64,000 nt of DNA from assembly GCA_963734545.1 (NCBI GenBank), contig CAVTHO010000008.1, positions 512,001-576,000 on the forward strand, given 5' to 3'. Below, piece by piece: positions 32,323-42,426 of the stretch; position 1 is the stretch's first letter; each line of letters starts with the position of its first letter. The translations under genes were made by a program, and so were the position numbers. Below the pieces are notes generated by a model. The model saw only the letters and a list, made by a program, of their open reading frames with translations. It was not told the DNA's origin and did no database searches. This DNA comes from an uncultured Spirochaetota bacterium. GTDB lineage: Bacteria > Spirochaetota > Spirochaetia > SZUA-6 > Fen-1364.

Positions 32323-32349
32323 TTCACGATTTCGTCACGGGGAGGAGCC

Positions 32350-32709
32350 ATGAGCCGCGTACAGTTCATCACGCACAAGGGTAAAAAGATCCTGTACTTC
32401 GATTTGTCGATGTGCAAGATCGCCGAGATCTCCGCGGTCGTTGCAGAGGCCAAGCGCGCGGTGAGCAGCCAGCCGCCGGGCTCGGTGCTTGCTTTAACCA
32501 ATGTCACCGAAACCGAGCTCAGCAAGGACAGCAGCGCGATCATCAAGGACTTCACCGCGCACAATAAGCCCTACATCAAGGCCTCGGCGGTCGTCGGCGT
32601 CGAGGGTCTCCGCAAGGTCATCTACAATGCCGCGATGGCTTTCAGTGGAAGGCAGATCTCCGCGTTCGGGACACTGGATCAGGCAAAGGACTGGCTGGCC
32701 ACCCAGTAA
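32350..32709 (+). CDS. Small hypothetical protein, SpoIIAA/STAS-SEC14-like alpha/beta pattern
   Basis: GGAGG RBS; HKGKKILYFD, SAVVGVEG, F.TLDQAKDWL. Confidence 0.8.
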   Translation: MSRVQFITHKGKKILYFDLSMCKIAEISAVVAEAKRAVSSQPPGSVLALTNVTETELSKDSSAIIKDFTAHNKPYIKASAVVGVEGLRKVIYNAAMAFSGRQISAFGTLDQAKDWLATQ

Positions 32710-33570
32710 GACGGGCGATGAAGGAAGTCCACCCCGCATAGCCTCTCGCTCATCTCCCAGAGCAGCCGTGTATCCTCGCCGCGCGCGGAGGCGTCGGAGG
32801 AAGGAATCGGCTGCCGCTCCTTCCAGTACAATCCGGTTTTGCCTGCAACGCGGGGGGCCATGGCGAGAAACGCAACCGACGCTGCGGCATGCTGCGGGCT
32901 CACGCCCCTTCGCGCGCGCAGTCTCCATGCTGTCCGCACGATGAAGCCTGTACGCTTCGCGCCGATGTCCGTCTTCACGAGCCCCGGGTCCACGCCGTAT
33001 GTGTCGATGCGGGAGCCGGGGCCCAGACGCCGCGCCAGCTCGCGGCAGAACATCACGACCGCCAGCTTCGATTGATCGTACGCCGCGAGGCCGAAGTATC
33101 GGCGGCGCATCCCCACATCGTCCCAGCGAATTCTTCCCGGCGAAGTGAGAACCGGAGCTCACGCCAATGACGCGCGCCGCGTCGGAAGCGGCGAGCAGGG
33201 GAAACAGCTCCCGCGTGAGCAGGAACCCGGCAAGGTGGTTGACCGCGAATTGAAGCTCGATCCCGTCCGGTGACTCCTGGTAGGTGGAGGTGAACGCACC
33301 GGCGTTGTTGATCAGAACGTCGACACGAGGGTGCGTCTCGGAAAGCCGGCGCGCCAGGTCCCTCACCTCCTGCTGAGACGCCAGGTCCGCCACCTCGAAA
33401 TCGATATCCGCGCTTCCCGTCCTCCTCTTCAGCCCTTCCCGCGCCGCTCTGCAGCGCGCCGGATCGCGCCCCACGCCGATCACCTGCGCTCCTGCCGCTG
33501 CCAGGATGGCGGCCGTCTCCCAGCCGATCCCCGCGCTCGCGCCCGTGATCACGCACGTTCTCCCTTTCAT
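32679..33570 (-). CDS. SDR oxidoreductase (retinol-dehydrogenase-like), frameshift near 33130
   Basis: ITGASAGIG, LINNAG, FAVNHL, YDQSKLA, PGLVKT. Confidence 0.9.
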
Positions 33571-33722
33571 TCCTGCCACGCCTCCTTGGACGAAGCCGGG
33601 GGAGCAAACCCTTCATTCTCTTGATCATGTGATGAAACCGCATGATTCGCGGCCTGAAGGGTTTTATCGGCCGCTGCAGTCAGAATGGAGGCAGACAGGA
33701 AACAAAGGGAAGGAGTCGTCAC

Positions 33723-34601
33723 ATGAACGAAGAATGCCGCCAGGAGCGGCCGGGGGAAACGGCACAGTATGCCCTTGTCACGGGAGCCAGCGGCGGGCTG
33801 GGGGGCGCATTCGCCCTCCACGCGGCCCGCCGGGGATGGCACCTCATCCTGGTCGACCTGCCCGGCACGGGCCTGGCGGACGTCGGCCTGCGTCTTTCGC
33901 GGGCCTACAGGGTGGAGGCGCAATGCTTCGAGATGGACCTTGCGGATGCAAAGGCCCGCGGGAGGCTCTGCGACTGGATCCGCTGCAATTCCCTCAACCT
34001 CGCGCTCCTGGTGAACAACGCGGGCACCGGTTCCCACGCCGGTTTCGAGGCCTCCCCGCTGGATCGGCTCGCGGGCATCATCGACGTGAACATCAAGGCA
34101 ACCATGGCCCTGACGCACATTCTCCTGCCGGAGCTCAGGAAGCAGCAGGGGGCGGCCATCATAAACGTGGCCAGCCTCGCGGCCTTCTACCCGATGCCCG
34201 CCATGGCCGTTTACGCGGCGTCCAAGAGCTTCATACTGAACTTCACCCTTGCCCTCCGGGCAGAGCTTCGCGGCACCGGAGTACGCGCCAGCGCGCTGTG
34301 TCCGGCGGGAATGGTCACCAACCGCGACACGGCGGACCAGGTAAAGGCGCAGGGCTTTTTCGGCCGGATCACGACCTGGCAGCCGGAAAACGTCGCGGCG
34401 GTTGCCATCCGGCAGGCCCTGCGGGGCAAGGCGGTGATCATCCCCGGGCTGGCAAACCGCGTGATCCGCCTCCTCGGCGAGGCGATCCCGCGCCGGCTCG
34501 TGGTGAACCTTATTGGAAAACGCTGGCGTGATGCGGAGCGCGTCATCCGGGGGGCGCCTTCGGGACGAGGCGCCCCGATTGTCTCGGATTCTTTCGTGTG
34601 A
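33723..34601 (+). CDS. SDR oxidoreductase (DltE-like)
   Basis: VTGASGGLG, LVNNAG, INVAS, YAASK, LCP; AAGGAG RBS. Confidence 0.92.
   Translation: MNEECRQERPGETAQYALVTGASGGLGGAFALHAARRGWHLILVDLPGTGLADVGLRLSRAYRVEAQCFEMDLADAKARGRLCDWIRCNSLNLALLVNNAGTGSHAGFEASPLDRLAGIIDVNIKATMALTHILLPELRKQQGAAIINVASLAAFYPMPAMAVYAASKSFILNFTLALRAELRGTGVRASALCPAGMVTNRDTADQVKAQGFFGRITTWQPENVAAVAIRQALRGKAVIIPGLANRVIRLLGEAIPRRLVVNLIGKRWRDAERVIRGAPSGRGAPIVSDSFV
33730..33752. repeat. Family-B repeat, single copy at the SDR 5' end
   Basis: AAGAATGCCGCCAGGAGCGGCCG is the exact reverse complement of 48886-48908. Confidence 0.8.
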
Positions 34602-34629
34602 TTCAATCACGTGCGTGAACAGAACCCCC

Positions 34630-35652
34630 ATGGATGACCTTATCGCCCGGCTCCCGAAGGCGGAGCTTCACCTGCATCTGGAGGGAACGATCGGGGCAGA
34701 GGCCCTCTGGGGAATGGCGCAGGCGAACCACGTCGCGCTGCCCGTCGGTACTTTCGCCGAGCTCGAGCGGCTCTACGATTTCACGAGCTTCGACGCCTTC
34801 ATCGAGCTGTGGCTCCTCATGTGCGCGTGCCTGCGCACGGATGACGATTACCGACGCATGGTCGACGGTTTCATCGCGGACTGCGCGCGTCAGAACATCC
34901 GCTATGCCGAGCTTCATTTCACCCCTTACAATCACGAGAAGCTCGGCATAGGCGGCCGGCGCGCGCTCGATGTCGTGACGGACAGGCTGCAGAGCGCCGC
35001 GGCCGGCGGGGGCCCCACCGTGCGCCTGATCACGGACATCTCCAGCGAATCTGCGGAGCAGAGCGGCCCCTTCACTGTGGCGCTGCTGGAAGAAGAGGCA
35101 AACCCCCTGATCGTCGCCCTCGGGCTCGGGGGACCTGAACAGGGGCTGCCCCGTTCCCGATTCGCCGCATTGTTCGCGCGCGCGCGCAGGGCGGGGTACC
35201 ACACCGTTGCCCATGCGGGAGAAACGGGAGGCGCCGATCACGTGCGCCAGGCCGTGGTGGATCTCGGCGCGCGCCGGGTCCAGCACGGCGTGCGCGCGGT
35301 GGAGGATCCGGCCGTGCTCGCGCTCCTGGCGGAGCGGCGCGTCTGCTGCGATATCGCGCTGACGAGCAATGAGTGTCTCAAGGTGGTTGCCTCGGTTGCC
35401 GCGCACCCATTGCGCCGCTTCATGGAGGCGGGAATACCGGTGACCCTCTCCACGGACGATCCTCCCTTTTTCGGCACCGATCTCGCGCGGGAGTGGCGGC
35501 GCGCGCGCGACGAGCTCGGGCTCTCCCTGCGGGAGCTCTGGGAGCTGAACCTGAATGGCCTCCGCTACGGCCTTGCGGAAACGGGAGTCCGCAGGCGCCT
35601 CATGGGCGAGTTCATCGCGGCCGCCGCGGCGCTGGCGCCTGCGTGGGATTGA
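34630..35652 (+). CDS. add: Adenosine/adenine deaminase
   Basis: LPKAELHLHLEG, AHAGE, RVQHG, STDDPPFF. Confidence 0.92.
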   Translation: MDDLIARLPKAELHLHLEGTIGAEALWGMAQANHVALPVGTFAELERLYDFTSFDAFIELWLLMCACLRTDDDYRRMVDGFIADCARQNIRYAELHFTPYNHEKLGIGGRRALDVVTDRLQSAAAGGGPTVRLITDISSESAEQSGPFTVALLEEEANPLIVALGLGGPEQGLPRSRFAALFARARRAGYHTVAHAGETGGADHVRQAVVDLGARRVQHGVRAVEDPAVLALLAERRVCCDIALTSNECLKVVASVAAHPLRRFMEAGIPVTLSTDDPPFFGTDLAREWRRARDELGLSLRELWELNLNGLRYGLAETGVRRRLMGEFIAAAAALAPAWD

Positions 35653-35658
35653 AACCGA

Positions 35659-35752
35659 AATCCGCGGATTACCGCGGTGCAGAATCCGCGGATTACCGCG
35701 GTGCAGAATCCGCGGATTACCGCGGTGCAGAATCCGCGGATTACCGCGGTGC
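35659..35752. repeat. Family-A variant 24-bp tandem repeat, 4 copies, built of palindromes
   Basis: AATCCGCGGATT-ACCGCGGT-GCAG x4; the last copy supplies the aminotransferase stop codon. Confidence 0.97.
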
Positions 35753-36865
35753 GCTCTCCATGAATTCTTCCAGGCAATGAAGCGCCTCCGGCATGTTCCT
35801 GCGGCCGAAGCCGATGCGGAAATGGTTTCCCTTGTCTTCGTACACGGTGCCGGGGAGAAGCAGTACGCTTTTCGCGTGCGCGAGCTGGTCGCAGAAGGCT
35901 TCCACCTCTCCGCGCAGGAGCCGAGGGAAGGCGATGGGCCCTGCCCGCGGGCGCTTCCACGAGAAGCTGTCCGCATGCCGGGCGAAGAAGGCATCCAGCA
36001 GCGCCAGGTTGGCGCGCACGATCGCGCGGTTGCGCGCGGCGATCGTCTCTCCGTGCCGCAGCGCAAGCTCGGCAAGGAACTCGCTCGGCGCGCCGGCGCA
36101 GATGGTCGTGTAGTCTTTCAGGGACGCCATCCGCGCGCGCACGGGCTCGTTGCGGGTGGCGATCCATCCGATGCGCAGGCCGGCAAGGCCGTACGTCTTT
36201 GACATCACCCCCAGGGACACCGCGCGCGCGCTCAGCTCGCAGGCCGCGGGAAGCCTGTCCGACTCGCTTTGCTCCAGGCCCCGATACACTTCGTCGGAAA
36301 AGAGGGTGATGCCGTTCGCATCCGCGATGCGGATGAGCTCCCGGAACTGCTCGATCTGCATGTGAAAGCCCGTGGGGTTGTGCGGGGTATTGAAAACGAT
36401 GACCTTTGTGCGCCGCGTGATGAGTTTCTCGAGCTCCCTGAGATCTGGCGCCCAGCCGTTTTCCTCGCGCGCCTGCCAGGCGGTGACATGACAGCCGATG
36501 CCGCGCGCTACCTCGAACAGGGACTGGTAGCAGGGCTGCTGGACGATCACGTGGTCACCCGGATCGAGGGCGGCGTGCATGAAGAGGAATATCGCCTCCT
36601 CCGCGCCGGCGTGCACGAGGATCTGCTCCGGGCCGATCCCTCCGTAGAGACGGGCGATTTCCTGCCGGAGAGAGGGGCTGCCGCTGCTTTCGGTATAGCC
36701 GAGCCGATGGCCGAGGAACCCTTCGTGCGCGCCGGGCTCGAGCGCGAGGAGCTCCTGGATGCTCATCGACTCGCAGTCCGAGCTGCACAGGAGGTGTGCA
36801 ACGGCAAACTCGTGCCGGGCAAAGTATCTCTCCAGCGCAAAAGGGGGCAAGCGCATCTGTTTCAT
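35741..36865 (-). CDS. Class I/II PLP-dependent aminotransferase
   Basis: PFALERYF, NTPHNPTG, SDEVY, MSKTYGLAGLRIGW, FRIGFG. Confidence 0.93.
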   Translation of the reverse strand: MKQMRLPPFALERYFARHEFAVAHLLCSSDCESMSIQELLALEPGAHEGFLGHRLGYTESSGSPSLRQEIARLYGGIGPEQILVHAGAEEAIFLFMHAALDPGDHVIVQQPCYQSLFEVARGIGCHVTAWQAREENGWAPDLRELEKLITRRTKVIVFNTPHNPTGFHMQIEQFRELIRIADANGITLFSDEVYRGLEQSESDRLPAACELSARAVSLGVMSKTYGLAGLRIGWIATRNEPVRARMASLKDYTTICAGAPSEFLAELALRHGETIAARNRAIVRANLALLDAFFARHADSFSWKRPRAGPIAFPRLLRGEVEAFCDQLAHAKSVLLLPGTVYEDKGNHFRIGFGRRNMPEALHCLEEFMESAPR

Positions 36866-36962
36866 CCTCCGCGCAGCCAGACTATGGCTTACCGGGCCGA
36901 AAATCAAAGCCCGGGGCACATGAAAAGAGCTTGCGCGATCTGCTTGTTAATGGTACTGTGAG

Positions 36963-36982
36963 CTAGTAACTCTTGTTAGTTA
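36963..36982. promoter_or_regulatory. Degenerate LacI-type operator
   Basis: CTAGTAACTCTTGTTAGTTA matches the symmetrised 52470 operator at 15 of 20 positions. Confidence 0.45.
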
Positions 36983-37052
36983 CACTAAATTCGATGGATA
37001 GAGCGGCTAAACCCGTGCTTTTCATATTCTTTTTCGCCGGATCGGTCAACGG

Positions 37053-38074
37053 ATGAAAGGCGGGGCAGCGTCCTCCCAGGACGTTGCGCGGCGCGCAGGC
37101 GTATCGCGCACCACGGTGTCGTTCGTCCTGAACAATACTCCCGGAAAGACCATTCCCGAGGAAACGCGGCGGAAGGTCCTGGAAGCGGCGCGCGCCCTTT
37201 CCTACACTCCGAACGAGAAAGCGCGCAGCGTGGCAATGGTCAAGCACCACTCCATCGGCTTCTTCATCCCCCATTCAGGCTACATCTCTTCCGACGCGTA
37301 CATCACGCGCGTGATCGAGGGCATGACCCCGGTGCTCAACAAGGGGCGGTTCCAGCTCGTGCTCCAGCCCCTGAAGCTGAAGCAATTGAACTACCTGCAG
37401 CTTGCCCGGCAGGACAATGTCGACGGGCTCATCCTCATGAACACGCACGATGGTGACACGGGGCTTTCGGAGATCATCGACGAGGGTTTTCCGCTCGTCG
37501 TCATCGGGTCGATCTCCCGGGCGGACGTCTGCCAGATCGACATCGACAACGCGGCCGCTGCGTCCGCCGCCGTGCGGCACCTGATCTCGCTCGGCCACCG
37601 GCGAGATAGGGATGATCGTCCACGCGCCGCTCGTCTATTACGCGGCGCGCGATCGTTTCGCGGGGTTCCGCGCCGCGCTGGAGGAGGCGGACCTCCCCGT
37701 GCGCGCCGAGTGGGTGCGGGAAGCGAATCTGACCGAGGAAAGCGGCTACCTGGCGGCCCGGGAGATCCTCGCGGAAAGGCACAGACCGAGCGCCCTCTTC
37801 GCGGGAAACGACGTGGTCGCGTACGGCGCCATCCAGGCCATCAGGGACGCAAAGCTTCTCGATCCCCGACGATATCTCGGTGATCGGGTTCGACGACGAT
37901 CTTCTCTCACGGTACCTCAAGCCGCCGCTCACCACGGTCACCAACCCGGCTCCCGGCCTCGGCGCGGAGGCTGCGCGCCTGCTCATCGGCATCCTGCGGG
38001 GCCGGGGGAATCCCGGCGGCCGCATCGTCCTCCCGACCAGCCTCGCCCTGCGAGAGAGCTGCAGAGCACCCTGA
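37053..38074 (+). CDS. LacI-family transcriptional regulator; frameshifts near 37605 and 37865
   Basis: DVARRAGVSRTTVSFVLN, IDNAAA, NDVVAYG, IGFDD, PPLTTV. Confidence 0.9.
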
Positions 38075-38090
38075 AGGGGAGCGGCAATCA

Positions 38091-41081
38091 ATGGCAGTCA
38101 CCGGCACGGCCTACCCGGCCGAAGCGTGGAGAATAAGGGAACCCGCGCTGGATCCTTCCCTGCTCCCCAGAAATGAAACCATATTCGCGCTGGGGAATGG
38201 AGCGCTGGGCATGCGCGGCTCGTTCGAAGAGGGCTTTCCCGGCGAGGTCTCCGGCACGTACGTGAACGGCTTCTACGAAGAGACGCCGATCGTCTACGGG
38301 GAAATCGCGTACGCGTATGCGAAAAACAGGCAGGTGATGCTGAACGTCGTGGACGGGAGGCCCATCCGGTTGACGGTCGGCGGGGACCGACTCGACTTGA
38401 GCACCGGGACCATCCTGTCGTATGAGAGGACGCTGGATCTGGCGCGGGGCGTGCTCGAGCGGGCGTTTCAGTGGCGCTCCCCCGGTGGAATCGAGATCGA
38501 CGTGCGCGCGCGCCGCATCGTCTCCTTCACCCGCCGGCACGTGGCGGCCATCGACTGGTCGGTGACGGTTCGGAAGGGCAAAGGCGCGCTGGTGGTCGAA
38601 TCATTCCTCGACGGAGGCGCGGGCAACCAGGCTTCGGGGGATGATCCGCGGATCGGCGCGCACTTTCGTGAACAGCCGCTTGCCGTCGTGCGGGGGGAAG
38701 CGGACGGGTTGAAGGGTCTTCTGACGCAGGAAACCCGCAACACGCGGTTGACGATCTCGTGCGCCATGGAGCACGCAATGCGCACCGAAGGGGATATGCA
38801 GCAGGTATCCGCACACGCATCCTTCACGGTTCCGCGCGCGGCGCTCACGATCACGGCACACGCCGCGGAGGGCGCGACCCTGCGCCTCTCCAAGTACCTG
38901 GGATACTGCACCACGCGGGAGTTCCCCCGGGCGGCGTGCGAGGCACGCGCCCGTGACGCCGCGGCGCAGGCGCGGGAGGCGGGATTCCCGGCCCTGTTGA
39001 AGGAGCAGAAACAGGTCCTCGACGATTTCTGGCATGCAGCGGACATCCAGCTCGATGGAGACGAAGCGCTGCAGCAGAGCCTGCGGTACAACCTGTTCAG
39101 CCTCTTCCAGTCCGCGGGACGCGACGGCCGCACGAGCATCGCGGCAAAGGGCCTCACCGGAGAAGGCTACGAGGGGCACTATTTCTGGGACACGGAGATC
39201 TACGTGCTTCCCTTCTTCATCTACACCCGGCCCGAAATCGCCCGGGCGCTCCTGCGCTACCGCTGCGGCATCCTCGACAAGGCGCGCGCGCGCGCGGCGG
39301 AGATGAGCCAGCGCGGCGCGCTTTTCCCCTGGCGCACGATCGGCGGCGAGGAGACCTCCGCGTATTATCCCGCCGGGACCGCCCAGTACCACATCAATGC
39401 AGACATCGTCCATGCTCTTCGAAAGTACAGGGAGGCGACGGAGGACACGACCCTGCTGCACGAGTGCGGCGCGGAAATGCTCTTCGAAACGGCGCGCCTG
39501 TGGGCCGACCTCGGCGCCTATATACCCCGCAAGGGCGGAGCGTTCTGCATCAACGAGGTGACGGGGCCCGATGAGTACACGGCCCTGGTCAACAACAACC
39601 TCTACACGAACCTCATGGCGCGCGAGAACCTCGCGTACGCGGCATCCGTCGCGGAGGAGATGCGGGAGACGACCCCTGCCGAGCTCGACCGGATCACGCG
39701 CGCAATCGGGCTCGCGGAGGCGGAGATCGACGAATGGCGCCGCGCTGCCCGCTGCATGTACGTCCCGTACGACAGAGAGCGGGGCATCCACGCGCAGGAC
39801 GACGCGTTTCTCGACCGGGCACAATGGGACTTCGCGCGCACGCCCGCGGAGAGCTACCCGCTCCTCCTGCACTACCATCCGCTGGTCATCTACCGGCACC
39901 AGGTGCTGAAGCAGCCGGACGTGGTCCTCGCCCAGGTGCTTCTCGGCAGCCACTTCACCCGGTCGGACAAGAAGCGGAACTTCGACTACTATGACCCGTT
40001 GACGACCGGTGACTCCTCCCTTTCACCCTGCATCCAGAGCGTTGCGGCCGCCGAGCTGGGCTACACGGAGATGGCGTACCGCTACTTCTCGCGCACGGCG
40101 CGCATGGACCTCGACGATGTGAACGGAAACGTGAAGGACGGAGTGCACACGGCGGCAATGGCGGGAACATGGATCTCGATCGTGTACGGGTTTGCCGGGA
40201 TGCGGGACTACGACGGAGCTCTCTCGTTCAATCCGAGGCTTCCCGGGCCGTGGACGCGCCTGCTGTTCCGTCTGCGGCACAGGGGGAGGCTCCTGGAGAT
40301 CGAAACGACACGCGAGACAGCGACGTACCGGCTCGACGAGGGCCAACCGATGTCCATCACCCATCGCGGCCGGGAGCTTCGTCTCGTTCCGGGCAGCCCG
40401 GTATCGGTCAGCCTCATCCCGACGCTCCAGTGCGTGATATTCGACCTGGACGGCGTTCTGACAGACACGGCGGAGCTTCATTTCCAGGCGTGGCAGCGTC
40501 TGGCAAAGGAGGAGGCGCTGCCGTTTGACCGGACGGTGAACGAGCACCTGAGAGGAGTGAGTCGGCTGAACAGCCTGGAGATCATTCTCCGGCACGCGGG
40601 GACGGAATTGGCGGCGGAGAAGAAGAAGGCGCTTGCGGAGCGGAAAAACGGCTACTACAGAGAGCTCATCTCCCGGCTCTCGCCCGCGGACCTCCTGCCC
40701 GGGATCGCGGATCTCCTGGCGCAGCTCAGGGAGATCGGCATCCGGACCGCGCTCGCCTCGGCGAGCCACAACGCCCGGGAGATCGTGCAGCGCCTGGATA
40801 TCGGTCGCTTCCTGGATCTCATCGTGGACCCTTCGGAAATCATCAAGGGAAAGCCGGACCCGGAGATCTTCTTCCGCGCCGCCGAGGGGCTCGGCGTCCC
40901 GTACGAGAGCTGCGCCGGCGTGGAAGACGCGGAGGTGGGGATCCGGGCCATCAAGGCGGCGGGCATGTTCGCCGTGGGCATTGGCAGCGGGCTTCGCGAG
41001 GCCGACTGGGTCCTTCCGGACACGCGCGGCCTGACGGCGGATGAGCTCGGGAAACGATTCACAGGGAGAAGCGGCACATGA
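38091..41081 (+). CDS. GH65 glucoside phosphorylase fused to beta-phosphoglucomutase (HAD)
   Basis: ETIFALGNG, AKGLTGEGYEGHYFWDTE, GPDEY, KQPDV, DSSLS; C-terminal FDLDGVLTDTA, GVSR, GKPDPEIF, VEDA. Confidence 0.93.
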   Translation: MAVTGTAYPAEAWRIREPALDPSLLPRNETIFALGNGALGMRGSFEEGFPGEVSGTYVNGFYEETPIVYGEIAYAYAKNRQVMLNVVDGRPIRLTVGGDRLDLSTGTILSYERTLDLARGVLERAFQWRSPGGIEIDVRARRIVSFTRRHVAAIDWSVTVRKGKGALVVESFLDGGAGNQASGDDPRIGAHFREQPLAVVRGEADGLKGLLTQETRNTRLTISCAMEHAMRTEGDMQQVSAHASFTVPRAALTITAHAAEGATLRLSKYLGYCTTREFPRAACEARARDAAAQAREAGFPALLKEQKQVLDDFWHAADIQLDGDEALQQSLRYNLFSLFQSAGRDGRTSIAAKGLTGEGYEGHYFWDTEIYVLPFFIYTRPEIARALLRYRCGILDKARARAAEMSQRGALFPWRTIGGEETSAYYPAGTAQYHINADIVHALRKYREATEDTTLLHECGAEMLFETARLWADLGAYIPRKGGAFCINEVTGPDEYTALVNNNLYTNLMARENLAYAASVAEEMRETTPAELDRITRAIGLAEAEIDEWRRAARCMYVPYDRERGIHAQDDAFLDRAQWDFARTPAESYPLLLHYHPLVIYRHQVLKQPDVVLAQVLLGSHFTRSDKKRNFDYYDPLTTGDSSLSPCIQSVAAAELGYTEMAYRYFSRTARMDLDDVNGNVKDGVHTAAMAGTWISIVYGFAGMRDYDGALSFNPRLPGPWTRLLFRLRHRGRLLEIETTRETATYRLDEGQPMSITHRGRELRLVPGSPVSVSLIPTLQCVIFDLDGVLTDTAELHFQAWQRLAKEEALPFDRTVNEHLRGVSRLNSLEIILRHAGTELAAEKKKALAERKNGYYRELISRLSPADLLPGIADLLAQLREIGIRTALASASHNAREIVQRLDIGRFLDLIVDPSEIIKGKPDPEIFFRAAEGLGVPYESCAGVEDAEVGIRAIKAAGMFAVGIGSGLREADWVLPDTRGLTADELGKRFTGRSGT

Positions 41082-42367
41082 GATACGCGTACATGCATCC
41101 CCGGGAACAGATCGTCACCATCATGCGCCGCGTGTACGGGTACGGGATGACGACGACTTCCGGGGGAAACATTTCCATTCTCGAGGAAAACGGTGACATC
41201 TGGATCACCCCCGGCGGCACGGACAAGGGCACAATGGCTGAAGCCGATATCGTGCGCATGCGGGGAGACAGGATCGCGGAGGGGGCGCATCCGCCCTCTT
41301 CCGAGTACCCGTTTCACCGGGCCATCTACGAAAGGCGCCCGGATATCCGCGCGGTGCTGCACGCGCACCCGGCCGCCCTGGTGGCCTTCAGCCTCGTGCG
41401 CAGCATCCCGGATACGAGCATCATACCCCAGGCCCGGGCCGTGTGCGGCGCCGTGGGGTATGCCCCCTATGCCATTCCCGGCTCGGAAGAGCTGGGCCGC
41501 AACCTCGCGGAAGCCTTCGGGCACGGCTTCGACACGGTGCTGCTGGAGAACCACGGCGTTGCCGCGGGCGGCACGACTCTCCTGGAGGCCTTCCAGCGGT
41601 TCGAAACCCTCGATTTCTGCGCGCGCACGCTCGTCAACGCGAGCTCTCTCGGCCCGGGCCGCGGCCTGGGACCCGAGCAGATTGCCCTTTCTCAGAAGGG
41701 CAAGAACTACCAGCTCCCGGAATTCGATCCCCGGTCGCGCTCTTCCGCCGAGCGCAGCCTGCGCCGGGACATGCGCGATCTGGTGCACCGCGCCTATCGA
41801 CAGCGCCTCATGACCAGCACGGAAGGCACCGTCTCCGCCCGGGTGGACGCGGAGTCCTTCCTCATCAGCCCGTACGGCGTCGACCGCAGCTATCTCGAGG
41901 AGTCCGATATCGTGCTGATCCACCGAGGAGGGCGCGAACGCGGCGCCATCCCCAGCCGTGCGGTCGTCCTGCACCAGGAAATCTACGCGGCCAATCCCGG
42001 CATCAACGCCATTGCCAGCGCGCAATCTCCCGCGGTGACCGCCTTCTCCGTGACCAGCACGAAGCTGGACAGCGCCATCATCCCCGAAAGCTATATCGTG
42101 CTGAGGAACATCCCGCTTATCACCTACGGAAGGCAGTTCACCGACGAGCGTGCCCTGGCGCGGGAGATTTCCGCCCGCACCCCCGTGGTTCTCTTGCAGA
42201 ATGACGCGGTCCTGACAACGGGAGAGAGTCTCACGCAGGCGTTCGACAGGCTGGAGGTCGCGGAGTTCAGCGCCAACGCCGTCATCGCCGCGATGAAGCT
42301 CGGGCCGATCGCGCGGATCGATGCAGGCGCACTCGACGCCCTCTCTGAGAAGTTCGGGCTCGTGTGA
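41078..42367 (+). CDS. Class II aldolase/adducin-family protein with two tandem domains
   Basis: Domain 1: SGGNIS, PSSEYPFH, VLHAHP, LENHG. Domain 2: TEGTVS, PSRAVVLH, ASAQSP, LQNDA. Confidence 0.9.
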   Translation: MRYAYMHPREQIVTIMRRVYGYGMTTTSGGNISILEENGDIWITPGGTDKGTMAEADIVRMRGDRIAEGAHPPSSEYPFHRAIYERRPDIRAVLHAHPAALVAFSLVRSIPDTSIIPQARAVCGAVGYAPYAIPGSEELGRNLAEAFGHGFDTVLLENHGVAAGGTTLLEAFQRFETLDFCARTLVNASSLGPGRGLGPEQIALSQKGKNYQLPEFDPRSRSSAERSLRRDMRDLVHRAYRQRLMTSTEGTVSARVDAESFLISPYGVDRSYLEESDIVLIHRGGRERGAIPSRAVVLHQEIYAANPGINAIASAQSPAVTAFSVTSTKLDSAIIPESYIVLRNIPLITYGRQFTDERALAREISARTPVVLLQNDAVLTTGESLTQAFDRLEVAEFSANAVIAAMKLGPIARIDAGALDALSEKFGLV

Positions 42368-42426
42368 GCGGCGCGCGGGTGCGCGCAGGAAAATGAAGCG
42401 CGCCGGGTCGCCCCGGCGTGCCCGGT

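Noticed and set aside
32222-32340. c-di-GMP riboswitch or sigma-28 promoter upstream of the MCP gene
   Set aside because: No GEMM-like consensus or GCCGATAA box was seen.
35659-35752. CRISPR array (also considered for 5187-5310, 30031-30100 and 48841-48908)
   Set aside because: Units are head-to-tail with no unique spacers, and there are no cas genes in the window.
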